Shown: in pieces, positions 43,669-52,795 of the stretch | Numbering within the stretch: the stretch's first letter is position 1 | Layout of the letters: each line of letters begins with the position of its first letter | NCBI GenBank assembly: GCA_964499205.1 | Contig: CAZCJX010000006.1 | Coordinates: 2,533-66,532 of the forward strand | Origin: an uncultured Actinomycetes bacterium | GTDB lineage: Bacteria; Chloroflexota; Dormibacteria; Aeolococcales; Aeolococcaceae | DNA: 64,000 bases | Direction of reading: 5' to 3' | Translations under genes and position numbers: made by a program | The notes under the pieces: generated by a model | What the model was told of the DNA's origin: nothing | The model's database searches: none | What the model saw: the letters and a program-made list of their open reading frames with translations, nothing else

Positions 43669-46487
43669 CAACGGTCGCCGAGCCCGAAGTTCTTCAGGGC
43701 GTTCCAGCCGATCCACCCTCGCCGCAGCGGGCGCCTGGTCCGGAGCCGGTCGATGGCGCCGAGCAGCGTCCCCAGGTGCTGTCCCTCGCCGGCGCCGCGT
43801 TCTGCTCGTCGGTCGCCGCCATGCTGCTGGTGGGTGGGCTGTTCCAGGGCGTGCTGCCCCGGCTGATCGCCGTCGTCGTGCCCGCCGTCGGCGTGGGGTT
43901 GGTGGCCTACGGCATCAGGAGTCGGCGACTGTGGCCGCAGCTCGCCGCCATCCCGGTCGGTGCGGTCCTCGGCGCTGTGCTGGTCGTGCCCGAGACCAAC
44001 GGCCAGGGAAGCTCCAACATCGTCGACGCCGTCCTCTCCGCGATTCGCGGCGGCGGCCTTCTCCAGCCGCCGGTGTCGTTCGACCCCGGCTGGAGGTTCA
44101 TCGTCACCCTCATCGCCTGCGGGCTGGGCGCCGGCACGCTTGCCGGCGCAGCCGCGTTCGCCAAGCCGCGCCTCGCCGTGGTCATCCCCGTCCCACTGGC
44201 GATGCTCGCCGAGTTCGTCCAGCCGAAGTCCACCGAGGTGATCGGCACCGCGGTTGCCGCGGTGCTCATCGTCGGCGCGCTGGGTTTCTCCTATGGCGCG
44301 GAGCTGCAGGCGGAAGGCGCGGTGCGCACGGGCTCCTTCGAGCTCCGCCGCATGGCGCGCACCGGGAGCCTGGCGGTCGGCCTGCTGGTCGCCATCCTCG
44401 CGCTGGGCCAGACGTCGTTCCTCTTCCCGCAGCCCAACCGGAACGACGTCACGCCACCGCAGAAGCCGCATGCGGCGCCACCGCAGGCGGATCGTGCGCT
44501 GTTCACCTACCAGGTGCAGAACGGCAACAAGATCCCCTTCCGCATCGGCACCATCGACATCTACGACCCCAAGCAGAATGCCTGGCTGCTGCCGCCCTAC
44601 GACACCAATCGGCTGCACGACATCAGCAACGGCCAGGTGCCCGGCGGTCCCCCCGCAAAGGGCAGCACGTACACCGTCACGGTGACGATCGCCGACGCCC
44701 AGGGCCATGTGCTTCCCGCCGTCTACGGCACCGCCAGGATCAGCGGGCTGTCCGCGCCGATCAAGATCGATCCGCGCACCGGCATCCTCCAGCTGTCCGA
44801 CCGCCCGGTCGGCAGGGGGATGACCTACCAGCTCAAGGTGGCCGCGCCCCCCACCGGGCAGGCCCTGGCCACGGCGGGCAAGCCGGAGGCGGCCTACGCG
44901 CAGTTCCTGCAGGTGCCGACGCCGCCCCTGGCGGTGCAAGACCTGTTGAGCAAGGCGCCCGCCGACCCCTTCGACCGGATGCAGTACCTGCGCAACGCGC
45001 TGCTCACCAAGGTGGTCGCCAGCGGCGCGGGCACGCCGGTCGACCTGCCCGTCTCACGCGTACCCCAGATGCTCAAGGGCGCGCAGGCGTCACCCTACGA
45101 GATCACCGCGGCGGAAGCCCTGCTGGCTCGATGGGCGGGCGTGCCCTCGCGGATCGGCTACGGCTACTACGACGGGCCCGCACTGAAGAACGGCGCCCAC
45201 GAGATGCGGCCGAAGAACGGGGCCACCTGGCTGGAGGCGTACTTCAAGGGATACGGCTGGGTGCCGGTGGTGGGCGTGCCCCAGCAGGCGAAGAGCAGCG
45301 CCGACAACAACGACAAGAATCGCAACGACCTGATCAGGCCCGCGTCCGAGCTCAGCGTGGTGATCTACGTTGCCACCCGGGACACGTCGCCGCTGCTCTA
45401 CTTCCAGATCGTCGGCTATTACCTCGGCCTCGTGCTGCCGTGGGTGGTACTCGCGGTGCTGCTGCTGATCGCCCATCCGGCGCTGGTCAAGGTGGTGCGC
45501 TTCGTGGCGCGACGCCGATGGGCCGCGAAACGAGGACCAGCGGCGCGCATCCTCGTCGCCTACACGGAGTTCCGCGACCTTGCCAACGACCTCACCTACG
45601 GCGACCCCACCGCGACGCCGCTGGAATACCTGAACTATGTCCAGGACGACGTCGAGCACGCCGATCTCGCCTGGCTGGTGACCCGCGCGATGTGGGGTGA
45701 CATGCGCAGGGACCTCACCGAGGAGGACGCCGCGCACGCTGAGGCGCTGAGCCGATCGCTGATCAGGCGGCTGGCGCGCGCGCAGAACGTCGTCAACCTG
45801 GTCTCGGCGGCGATCGCCCGGACATCACTGCGGCAACCCTTCTCCGATGCGCCACCGCGCATGTGGCCACGCCGTCGCAGCACTGCTCGCCCGGGGATTC
45901 GCGCGCGGCTGCGCAGCCTCCGCCGCAAGACCTGGCGTGCGCGCGTCGCTGGACTCCTGGGCTTGTTCCTGCTCGCCGGGTGTGGCGGTGACAGCCAGTT
46001 TCGCGGACCACACACGCTGCGCAGCGGCCTGACGCCGGCCTCGATCGGCGACCTCAGCCTGGTCCGCAACGCCAGGCTGGAGCGGCAGTACCTCACCGCG
46101 GCGTCGTCGAAGGTGGTGACCCAGGGAGAGGTCTGGCTGGTGCACGAGGGCGATGTCATCCAGGGATCGGTGCAGATCTCGCTGCTCGCCCCCGACGTGC
46201 GTGCCGACGATCCCTCGGTGCGCGCCGGGCTGGACGACGGCATCGGCGGTGTCGCGTTCACGCCCGTGCTCATCACCAGCGACCAGCTGGTGTGGGTCAA
46301 GCAGGAGGTGAACCAGCGCGTCTACCTGTGGTTCCCGCCGCGCAGCAACGCCATCGAGCTGGTGATCCTGCGTCTCCAGTTCAAGAACAGCCTGAGCCTG
46401 GTCAAAGGCCTGGTCGACTACCAGCACGGACGCAAGCCGCAGGGGGCGTCGCCGTCGCCCTCGGCGAGCACAGGAGCGAGCGGATGA
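43665..46487 (+). CDS. Multi-TM transglutaminase-like (TgpA-type) protein lacking the catalytic triad, with lipoprotein-like C-terminal module
   Basis: 'LLARWAGVPSRIGYGY', 'TWLEAYFKGYGWVP' match the TGase core; ATGA-coupled to DUF58. Confidence 0.8.
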   Translation: MTTVAEPEVLQGVPADPPSPQRAPGPEPVDGAEQRPQVLSLAGAAFCSSVAAMLLVGGLFQGVLPRLIAVVVPAVGVGLVAYGIRSRRLWPQLAAIPVGAVLGAVLVVPETNGQGSSNIVDAVLSAIRGGGLLQPPVSFDPGWRFIVTLIACGLGAGTLAGAAAFAKPRLAVVIPVPLAMLAEFVQPKSTEVIGTAVAAVLIVGALGFSYGAELQAEGAVRTGSFELRRMARTGSLAVGLLVAILALGQTSFLFPQPNRNDVTPPQKPHAAPPQADRALFTYQVQNGNKIPFRIGTIDIYDPKQNAWLLPPYDTNRLHDISNGQVPGGPPAKGSTYTVTVTIADAQGHVLPAVYGTARISGLSAPIKIDPRTGILQLSDRPVGRGMTYQLKVAAPPTGQALATAGKPEAAYAQFLQVPTPPLAVQDLLSKAPADPFDRMQYLRNALLTKVVASGAGTPVDLPVSRVPQMLKGAQASPYEITAAEALLARWAGVPSRIGYGYYDGPALKNGAHEMRPKNGATWLEAYFKGYGWVPVVGVPQQAKSSADNNDKNRNDLIRPASELSVVIYVATRDTSPLLYFQIVGYYLGLVLPWVVLAVLLLIAHPALVKVVRFVARRRWAAKRGPAARILVAYTEFRDLANDLTYGDPTATPLEYLNYVQDDVEHADLAWLVTRAMWGDMRRDLTEEDAAHAEALSRSLIRRLARAQNVVNLVSAAIARTSLRQPFSDAPPRMWPRRRSTARPGIRARLRSLRRKTWRARVAGLLGLFLLAGCGGDSQFRGPHTLRSGLTPASIGDLSLVRNARLERQYLTAASSKVVTQGEVWLVHEGDVIQGSVQISLLAPDVRADDPSVRAGLDDGIGGVAFTPVLITSDQLVWVKQEVNQRVYLWFPPRSNAIELVILRLQFKNSLSLVKGLVDYQHGRKPQGASPSPSASTGASG

Positions 46488-47554
46488 GAGAGATGAGCGC
46501 GATTCGCCGGGTGGCCGTCGCCGGCGCGCTGGTCAGCCTGTGCGGCTGCGGCCTCAAGCCTCCGCAGCAGTTCGGTGCCCACCCCTACCCGCAGGACGTG
46601 CAGCTGGGTGCGCAGACGTCGCCGACGTCGGTCCCGGCACCGCTGGCCAAGGGCGCCAACATCGAGCCCGGCACGCCGGGCTTCCTGGTGCCGCCGATCC
46701 CCTCGGCGCCGAGCACCTTCACGCCCTTCGCCTTCGCACCGCCCACGCCGCACCCCTGCCCGACGGCCGACCCGCTGGCGCCGCTCAGCGACCAGGCGGC
46801 CGCCGACGTGCAGGCGGCGCCGAAGCCTGGCGTCTACCACTACCGTCAGTCCGGCAGCTATGCGCTGAAGGGCAAGCCCGCGGTGGCCTACCCGCCGAGC
46901 GTCGACATCACCATCGGCCAGTCCTACGTCGGACGCATCGTCGCCCAGGGCCAGCACGACCCCACCGACACGTCGATCTACTGGGACCAGACGGAGAAGT
47001 CGATCGCCCCCAACGGGTGGGTGGACGCCACTATCACGTACACGTTCCGCCTGTCGCACACCAAGGGAACTCCGCCGCTCTCCCAGGACAGCGGTGAGAT
47101 CGACATCTACGCGGTCACCGTGCAGACCGCGAATGGCACCGACACCTTCCAGCCACAGGGTCCCGACCCCGCACCGATCGTGCTGCTGCCGGCAACCGGT
47201 CAGCCGTCGTGGAACGACCAGTCGGTCGACGGTCTGCACCAGGAGACGTTCGACGACGCTGCCGGCTACCACGGCGAGAAGGACCACGTCGATGCCTGCG
47301 GCAAGCTCATCGACGCCTACCGGATCGACCTCGGTCCGCTGGAGCCGGCCACCGGCACCGGGACACCGACCAAGACGCAATCCAGCTTCCACTACGAGAC
47401 CAACAGCACTCTCGACTACAACATCGACGGGTGGTACGACATCGCCACCCAGGACGGTGGACTCGTGGTCGCCGAGCACATCACGGAGACGGCGATCGAC
47501 GGGAGCTGGACCAATGACCGCACCCTGACCATCAACTCGGTGCAGCCCGGCTGA
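46484..47554 (+). CDS. Hypothetical lipoprotein
   Basis: ATGA overlap; IRRVAVAGALVSLCGC lipobox; Pro-rich linker, then a beta-rich domain. Confidence 0.75.
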   Translation: MREMSAIRRVAVAGALVSLCGCGLKPPQQFGAHPYPQDVQLGAQTSPTSVPAPLAKGANIEPGTPGFLVPPIPSAPSTFTPFAFAPPTPHPCPTADPLAPLSDQAAADVQAAPKPGVYHYRQSGSYALKGKPAVAYPPSVDITIGQSYVGRIVAQGQHDPTDTSIYWDQTEKSIAPNGWVDATITYTFRLSHTKGTPPLSQDSGEIDIYAVTVQTANGTDTFQPQGPDPAPIVLLPATGQPSWNDQSVDGLHQETFDDAAGYHGEKDHVDACGKLIDAYRIDLGPLEPATGTGTPTKTQSSFHYETNSTLDYNIDGWYDIATQDGGLVVAEHITETAIDGSWTNDRTLTINSVQPG

Positions 47555-48807
47555 TGCGCTGGCTGAGTCGCATGGCGATGGTCCTGCTGGGCAGCACGCT
47601 GCTCTCGGGTTGCGGCGCTGCCTTCGAACTGCCGCAGGGACCGGACGCGAACAAGCACCTGGTGGCGAGGATCCTCGTCGACCTGCCGCCGGAGCTCCGT
47701 CCCGCGGCGCAGCTGGCCATCGACGACATCAACCGGCTCCATCCCAGCGAGTTCGAGCAGACCACCGTCGTGGCCGTCTACGCCGACGACACCTTCGAGG
47801 GACAGATCGACACGGGCACGGCCAAGACACACCTGCACGACCGCCTCGACGACGGCACCATCCTCGGCATGGTCGGCCCGTACAACCTGCAGCTGGCGCG
47901 CGCGCTGCTGCCGATCGCCAACCAAGCGGATCTTCCCGTGTTCAGCCCCACGCTCACCGACGAGTGCCTCACCCAGCAGGAGAGCTTCTGCACTCGCGGC
48001 GAGCCCAACTCGCTGCGTCCGCACAACGCCAGGGCCGGGCAGCCGGGTGACCTCACCTTCTTCCGCGTGCCACCGGTGCAGGGCAGGCAGGCCAAGGCGG
48101 CAGCGGACTATGCCTCGGGGGCGCTGGCGAAGAGCAACGCCTTCCTGGTCGTCGACAACACTCCGGTGGCAACGCGGATGGCCGACGACTTCACCGCGCA
48201 ATGGCAGCTCCAGGGTGACACGATCGCCGGCAGAGCCTCCGTCGACACCGCCGCCAGCCCGGACCTCAACCTCCTGGCGGGGCAGATCCAGGCGGCCAAG
48301 CCTGACGTCGTCTACCTGGCCACCACGGATGAGCCCGCCGTCGCCCACCTCGGCGGGTTGCTCAGCGGCCACGGGTCGCTGCCGCTGATCGTGCCGGACG
48401 CGCTGCACACCACGCAGATGGCCGAGGCCGCGCAGAGCTGGACCGGAGCGCAGCTGCTGGTCACGTCTCTGAGCGGCGATCCGTCGCTGGTCTCCGCCGA
48501 ATTCGAGCACGAGTGGGCGGGGCTGCATCGCGGCGATGCCCCGCCCTACGCGCTGGAGACGTGGCTGGCGACGAACGCACTCATCCAAGCCATCCGGACC
48601 GGCAGCCAGGTCCTCGTGGAGCAGCAGGTGACGGCCATTCCAAGCCGGGACGTGGTCGACGCCGCGGTGCCCACCATCCAGGTGCCAACCGACGACCTCA
48701 ACGGTCTGCATTTCGACAGCCATGGCGACAACGGGAGTCAAATCGTGACGATCTTCACTGCCAGCAAGGGACGCTGGACGTCCCCCGCCGAACAGCAGGC
48801 GGCGTGA
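47554..48807 (+). CDS. Branched-chain-type ABC substrate-binding lipoprotein
   Basis: LLSGC lipobox; 'AAQLAIDDIN', 'LGMVGPYN', 'TFFRV', 'KPDVVYLA'. Confidence 0.85.
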   Translation: MRWLSRMAMVLLGSTLLSGCGAAFELPQGPDANKHLVARILVDLPPELRPAAQLAIDDINRLHPSEFEQTTVVAVYADDTFEGQIDTGTAKTHLHDRLDDGTILGMVGPYNLQLARALLPIANQADLPVFSPTLTDECLTQQESFCTRGEPNSLRPHNARAGQPGDLTFFRVPPVQGRQAKAAADYASGALAKSNAFLVVDNTPVATRMADDFTAQWQLQGDTIAGRASVDTAASPDLNLLAGQIQAAKPDVVYLATTDEPAVAHLGGLLSGHGSLPLIVPDALHTTQMAEAAQSWTGAQLLVTSLSGDPSLVSAEFEHEWAGLHRGDAPPYALETWLATNALIQAIRTGSQVLVEQQVTAIPSRDVVDAAVPTIQVPTDDLNGLHFDSHGDNGSQIVTIFTASKGRWTSPAEQQAA

Positions 48808-51344
48808 CCGTGGCAGCACCGAGCGAGCGCAGGCTGAGCCTCGACGGGAACGACTGGCAGGTGCTGGGTCTGGTTCCCGGCTTCCGGAGATGGCACCGCA
48901 TCGGCGCGGCGGAGGAGATCCAGGCACCGTCGATCACCGGCTGGATCCCCGCCACCGTTCCCGGTCACGTGGTCGCGGACGTGGTGGCAGCCGGCATGGC
49001 CCCCGACCCGTACACCGCCCTCAACAGCCTTGCCGCGGAATGGATCGCGCAGCGGGAGTGGGTCTACCGCCGCAGCTTCACCGTGCCCGCCGGCTTCCGC
49101 CGCGAGCGCGTCGTTCTCCACTTCGAGGGCGTCGACGACGCCTGCAAGGTCTTCCTCAACGGGTGCGAGCTCGGCAGTCACGAAGGGATGAACCGCGCCT
49201 TCGAGTTCGACGTGTCCGAGCACCTTCGCGACGGCGAGAACGTCGTCTCGGTCGCGCTGGAACAGGCGCCGTTCGAGCCGGACATCCAGGCGCAGCTCGG
49301 CAACACGCGCGACGTGCGCACGTGGAAGGTGCGGTTCACCTACTGGTGGGACTTCTCCACGCGCCTGGTGAGCACCGGCATCTGGGACAGCGTCTGGCTG
49401 GAGGCGCGTTCGGAGGCGTCGCTGCGCGATCTGTGGACCCGGACCGAGCGCACCGGCGACGGCTGGCAGCTCGAGGTGCTGGGCAACGTCGACGGCAACG
49501 GCGGCGACCTCGAGCTGGCCGTGGAGCTGAAGGACGGCGACCGTGTTGTTGCGCAGAGCCAGACGCGGGTCAGCACCGGCCCGGTGCGCCTTGCGATGCC
49601 TGCGCCGGGCGTCGATGTTTGGAACGTCAACGGATGCGGCGAGCAGCGCCTCTACCGCGCCGCGGTCGAGCTGCGCCGCCGCTCCGGCGAGGTGCTGCAC
49701 ACCGCCGCACTCCCGGTGGGCTTCCGAACCATCGAGTTCGAGCGCACGCCGGGGGCCGGCGAGGACGCGCTGCCGTACCGGGTGGTGGTGAACGGCCGTC
49801 GGATCTTCATCCGCGGATGGAACTGGGTTCCCGTCGACCAGCTGTACGGTGTCCTCCGTCCCGAGCGCTACCGCAACCTCATCGACCACGCCAAGGCCGC
49901 GGGCTGCAACCTGCTGCGGGTGTGGGGTGGTGGCCACCTCGAACGAGAGCTCTTCTACGACCTGTGCGATGAGGCGGGAATCCTGGTCTGGCAGGAGTTC
50001 ATCCAGTCGTCGTCGGGCGAGGACTCGCAGCCTGCGACCGACGCCGAATACCTCGAGTACATCGCGGCGCAGGCGGAGGCCATGGTGACGCGCCGGCGCA
50101 TGCACCCCTCGCTGGCGATCTGGTGCGGCGGCAACGAGCTCGCCGTCCATCCCGAGCGGACGCCGCTGTCGACGTCGCATCCGGCGGTGGGGGTGCTGCG
50201 CGACGTCGTGGCGCGGTTGGACCCGGATCGGCTCTTCCTGCCCACCTCGCCGTCGGGCCCGCGCTTCGATCTGATGAAGGAGGGCGGCGTCCCCGGCCAC
50301 GACGTGCATGGCCCCTGGCACTTCACCGGCGACGGCGAGTACCACCGTTTCCACGACCGCAGCGAGCCGATGCTCTACTCCGAGTTTGGCGCGGTGGGCA
50401 CCTCCGACCTCGACGCGCTGGAGCGGTACATGCCGGGCGCGCATTGGCCGCCGGACTGGACCAACCGGACGTGGGTTCACCACACGGGCTACTGGTGGAT
50501 CGACATTCGCGACGTGGAGCCGCTCTTCGGTCCGCTCCGCGAGCCGATCGAGTACGTCCGCGCCGGACAGTGGGTGCAGGCACACGCCCTGGCCTACGCC
50601 ATCGAGGCGCAGCGGCGCCGCGAGGACCATTGCGCCGGTGTCATCCCCTGGCAGCTCAACGAACCCTGGCCGAACGGTGCGCAGACGAACGCCGTGCAGT
50701 ACGGCGGCCGTGCCAAGCCGGCGTACTGGGCGGTGGCCCGGGCGTACGCGCCGCTGCTCATCTCCGCAGCGTTCCGGGGCATCAGGTGGGAGCCCGGTGA
50801 GGAGTTCACCGCGGCCGTGTGGGGCTCGGGTGCAGTGCCGGCGGGATGCACCGCACGCTGGACCATCACCGATGTCGGTGACGGAAGCGTGCGTCACGAG
50901 CAGGCGGTCACCATCGAGGGCGGCACCGGCCTGGCACAGCGGGTCGGAGCGTGCACGTGGACCATCCCGCAGGAGCCGACCCTGTGGGCCCTCGACCTTC
51001 ACATCGAGGACGGTGATGGCGGAGTCGTCGCCTCCAACCAGTACCTCTTCTCGAGCTTCGCCGAACCGCCGCTGGCGCCACTGCTGCGGTGCAGGCCGGG
51101 GCGCCTGTCGGCGGTCAGGGACGCCAGCGGAGACCTGCACGTCTCCGCGGAGGGCGCGCCGATCATCGGCGTGCGCGTGTACGCGACCGACGGCAGGCCC
51201 GGCCCCGGGGTCGGCGCCGGCTGGATCGCCGCGCTGTTCCCGGGGCGGCCGGTATCCGTGGGACAGCGACCCGGCAGGGAGATCTGCGTATCGGCGTGGA
51301 ATGCACCGGACATCGCCCTCGCACCGAGACCAGAAGGAGACTGA
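48804..51344 (+). CDS. GH2 beta-mannosidase-like glycosidase
   Basis: 'WIPATVPG', 'FEGVD', 'RGWNWVPVD', 'LRVWGGG', 'YDLCDEAGILVWQEF', 'WCGGNE' (acid/base), 'SEFG' (nucleophile), 'WQLNEPWP'. Confidence 0.9.
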   Translation: MTVAAPSERRLSLDGNDWQVLGLVPGFRRWHRIGAAEEIQAPSITGWIPATVPGHVVADVVAAGMAPDPYTALNSLAAEWIAQREWVYRRSFTVPAGFRRERVVLHFEGVDDACKVFLNGCELGSHEGMNRAFEFDVSEHLRDGENVVSVALEQAPFEPDIQAQLGNTRDVRTWKVRFTYWWDFSTRLVSTGIWDSVWLEARSEASLRDLWTRTERTGDGWQLEVLGNVDGNGGDLELAVELKDGDRVVAQSQTRVSTGPVRLAMPAPGVDVWNVNGCGEQRLYRAAVELRRRSGEVLHTAALPVGFRTIEFERTPGAGEDALPYRVVVNGRRIFIRGWNWVPVDQLYGVLRPERYRNLIDHAKAAGCNLLRVWGGGHLERELFYDLCDEAGILVWQEFIQSSSGEDSQPATDAEYLEYIAAQAEAMVTRRRMHPSLAIWCGGNELAVHPERTPLSTSHPAVGVLRDVVARLDPDRLFLPTSPSGPRFDLMKEGGVPGHDVHGPWHFTGDGEYHRFHDRSEPMLYSEFGAVGTSDLDALERYMPGAHWPPDWTNRTWVHHTGYWWIDIRDVEPLFGPLREPIEYVRAGQWVQAHALAYAIEAQRRREDHCAGVIPWQLNEPWPNGAQTNAVQYGGRAKPAYWAVARAYAPLLISAAFRGIRWEPGEEFTAAVWGSGAVPAGCTARWTITDVGDGSVRHEQAVTIEGGTGLAQRVGACTWTIPQEPTLWALDLHIEDGDGGVVASNQYLFSSFAEPPLAPLLRCRPGRLSAVRDASGDLHVSAEGAPIIGVRVYATDGRPGPGVGAGWIAALFPGRPVSVGQRPGREICVSAWNAPDIALAPRPEGD

Positions 51345-51345
51345 G

Positions 51346-52149
51346 TTGAAGCCGATGCCCACCGACAGCTTGGTGGTGGAGCTGGACCCGGACCAGATCG
51401 CCTTCTTCAAAGAGAACGGGTACTTGCAGATCGAGCGCATCACCACCGATGCGGAGATCGAATGGTTGCGCGACGTGTACGACGAGCTCTTCGTCCGCAA
51501 GGAGGGCCAGTACTGGGACCTCGCCGGCAAGATGGGGCACAAGGGGGAGAGCGACCTGCCACAGATCGTCGGCCCGGAGGAGACCTATCCGCAGCTGCTG
51601 GAGACGGTGTACGTGCGCAACACACGCCGTGTGGCCCGGCAGCTGCTCGGGGTGGGCGACGACGTAGAGCTCGACGTCTTCGGTCATATGATCCTCAAGC
51701 CACCGCGTCACGGCGCAGAGACGCCGTGGCACCAGGACGAGGCGTACTGGCCGGCGGGCTACCGCTACGAGGGCCTGTCGGTGTGGATGCCGCTCGACGA
51801 CGCGACCGTCGAGAACGGGTGCATGCAGTTCGTCCCCGGCACGCACAACCACCGGGTTGTGCAGCATCGCCACATCAATGACGATCCCACCGTGCACGGC
51901 CTCGTCACCGACCAGGTGCAGCCCGAGGGCGCCGTCGCATGCCCCATCCCAGCCGGAGCGGCGACGGTCCACCACTGCCGCATGCTGCACTACGCAGGTC
52001 CCAACCGAACGGGCAGCCCGCGCCGCGTCTACATCCAGAGCTTCACCGCGCCGGTCGAGAAGCTCGAGGGCGTCGAGGAGCGGCCGTGGCTGGTGGAGCA
52101 CGAGGTTGCCGTCGCGGAGCAGAGGTCGCGTGAAACGGGAGGGGGTTGA
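51346..52149 (+). CDS. PhyH family Fe(II)/2OG dioxygenase, copy 2
   Basis: TTG 51346 after AAGGAG; 'TPWHQDEAYW', 'WMPLDDAT.ENGCMQFVPG', 'HHCRMLHYAGPN...RR'. Confidence 0.88.
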   Translation: MKPMPTDSLVVELDPDQIAFFKENGYLQIERITTDAEIEWLRDVYDELFVRKEGQYWDLAGKMGHKGESDLPQIVGPEETYPQLLETVYVRNTRRVARQLLGVGDDVELDVFGHMILKPPRHGAETPWHQDEAYWPAGYRYEGLSVWMPLDDATVENGCMQFVPGTHNHRVVQHRHINDDPTVHGLVTDQVQPEGAVACPIPAGAATVHHCRMLHYAGPNRTGSPRRVYIQSFTAPVEKLEGVEERPWLVEHEVAVAEQRSRETGGG

Positions 52150-52183
52150 GACGCCCCCCGGGCGGACCGATGACGGTCACGCC

Positions 52184-52792
52184 GTGCGGCGAAGGAGCAG
52201 CGTCGCCCTATGCGTCACCGCCGTCGTGCTCGCGGTGTTGCTGTCCGCGTGCGGCGAAGGAACCGGCGGCGGAGGAGGGGCGGCCTTTCCTCCGCCCAGC
52301 CAGGTCCTCCTGACACGGCTCCCCGCCGGACTGCCGCAAACGCTGGCGGTCAGTCATGACCTGGCCCAGAGCGACCTCGACAGCGCGACCCCGGCCGATC
52401 CCGCCACGGTGGACGGCTTCCTCTCGCACTCCTCGTTCAACAGCGCGTCGGTTCGCATCTGGACCCAGGGCAGCAACTACGTGACGTTGCTGGCCGTCGC
52501 CTTCGACCACACCGGCGACGCCACGCGGATGGTGCAGACCGTGGTCGACAACCTGCAGGCGTCGGTCAATACCTACGTCACGCCGCACCAGGGCCTGCCC
52601 GGGTCCTACACGTTCGTCATCAGCGGCAACACCAGGGCGGCCGCCAAGAACGTGATCTGCGAGGGAGTGTGGCTGCCCGACGGCCACTACGCCATCGAGA
52701 CGCTCACCTGCAGCGATCTCGGCGCTTGGGCAACGCTCGCCGAGGAGCTCGCCAAGCAGGAGAGCGACCGGGTCAAGGCGGTCGCCGCCTGA
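52184..52792 (+). CDS. Hypothetical lipoprotein
   Basis: RRRSSVALCVTAVVLAVLLSAC lipobox; start uncertain (GTG 52130 possible). Confidence 0.65.
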   Translation: MRRRSSVALCVTAVVLAVLLSACGEGTGGGGGAAFPPPSQVLLTRLPAGLPQTLAVSHDLAQSDLDSATPADPATVDGFLSHSSFNSASVRIWTQGSNYVTLLAVAFDHTGDATRMVQTVVDNLQASVNTYVTPHQGLPGSYTFVISGNTRAAAKNVICEGVWLPDGHYAIETLTCSDLGAWATLAEELAKQESDRVKAVAA

Positions 52793-52795
52793 TCG

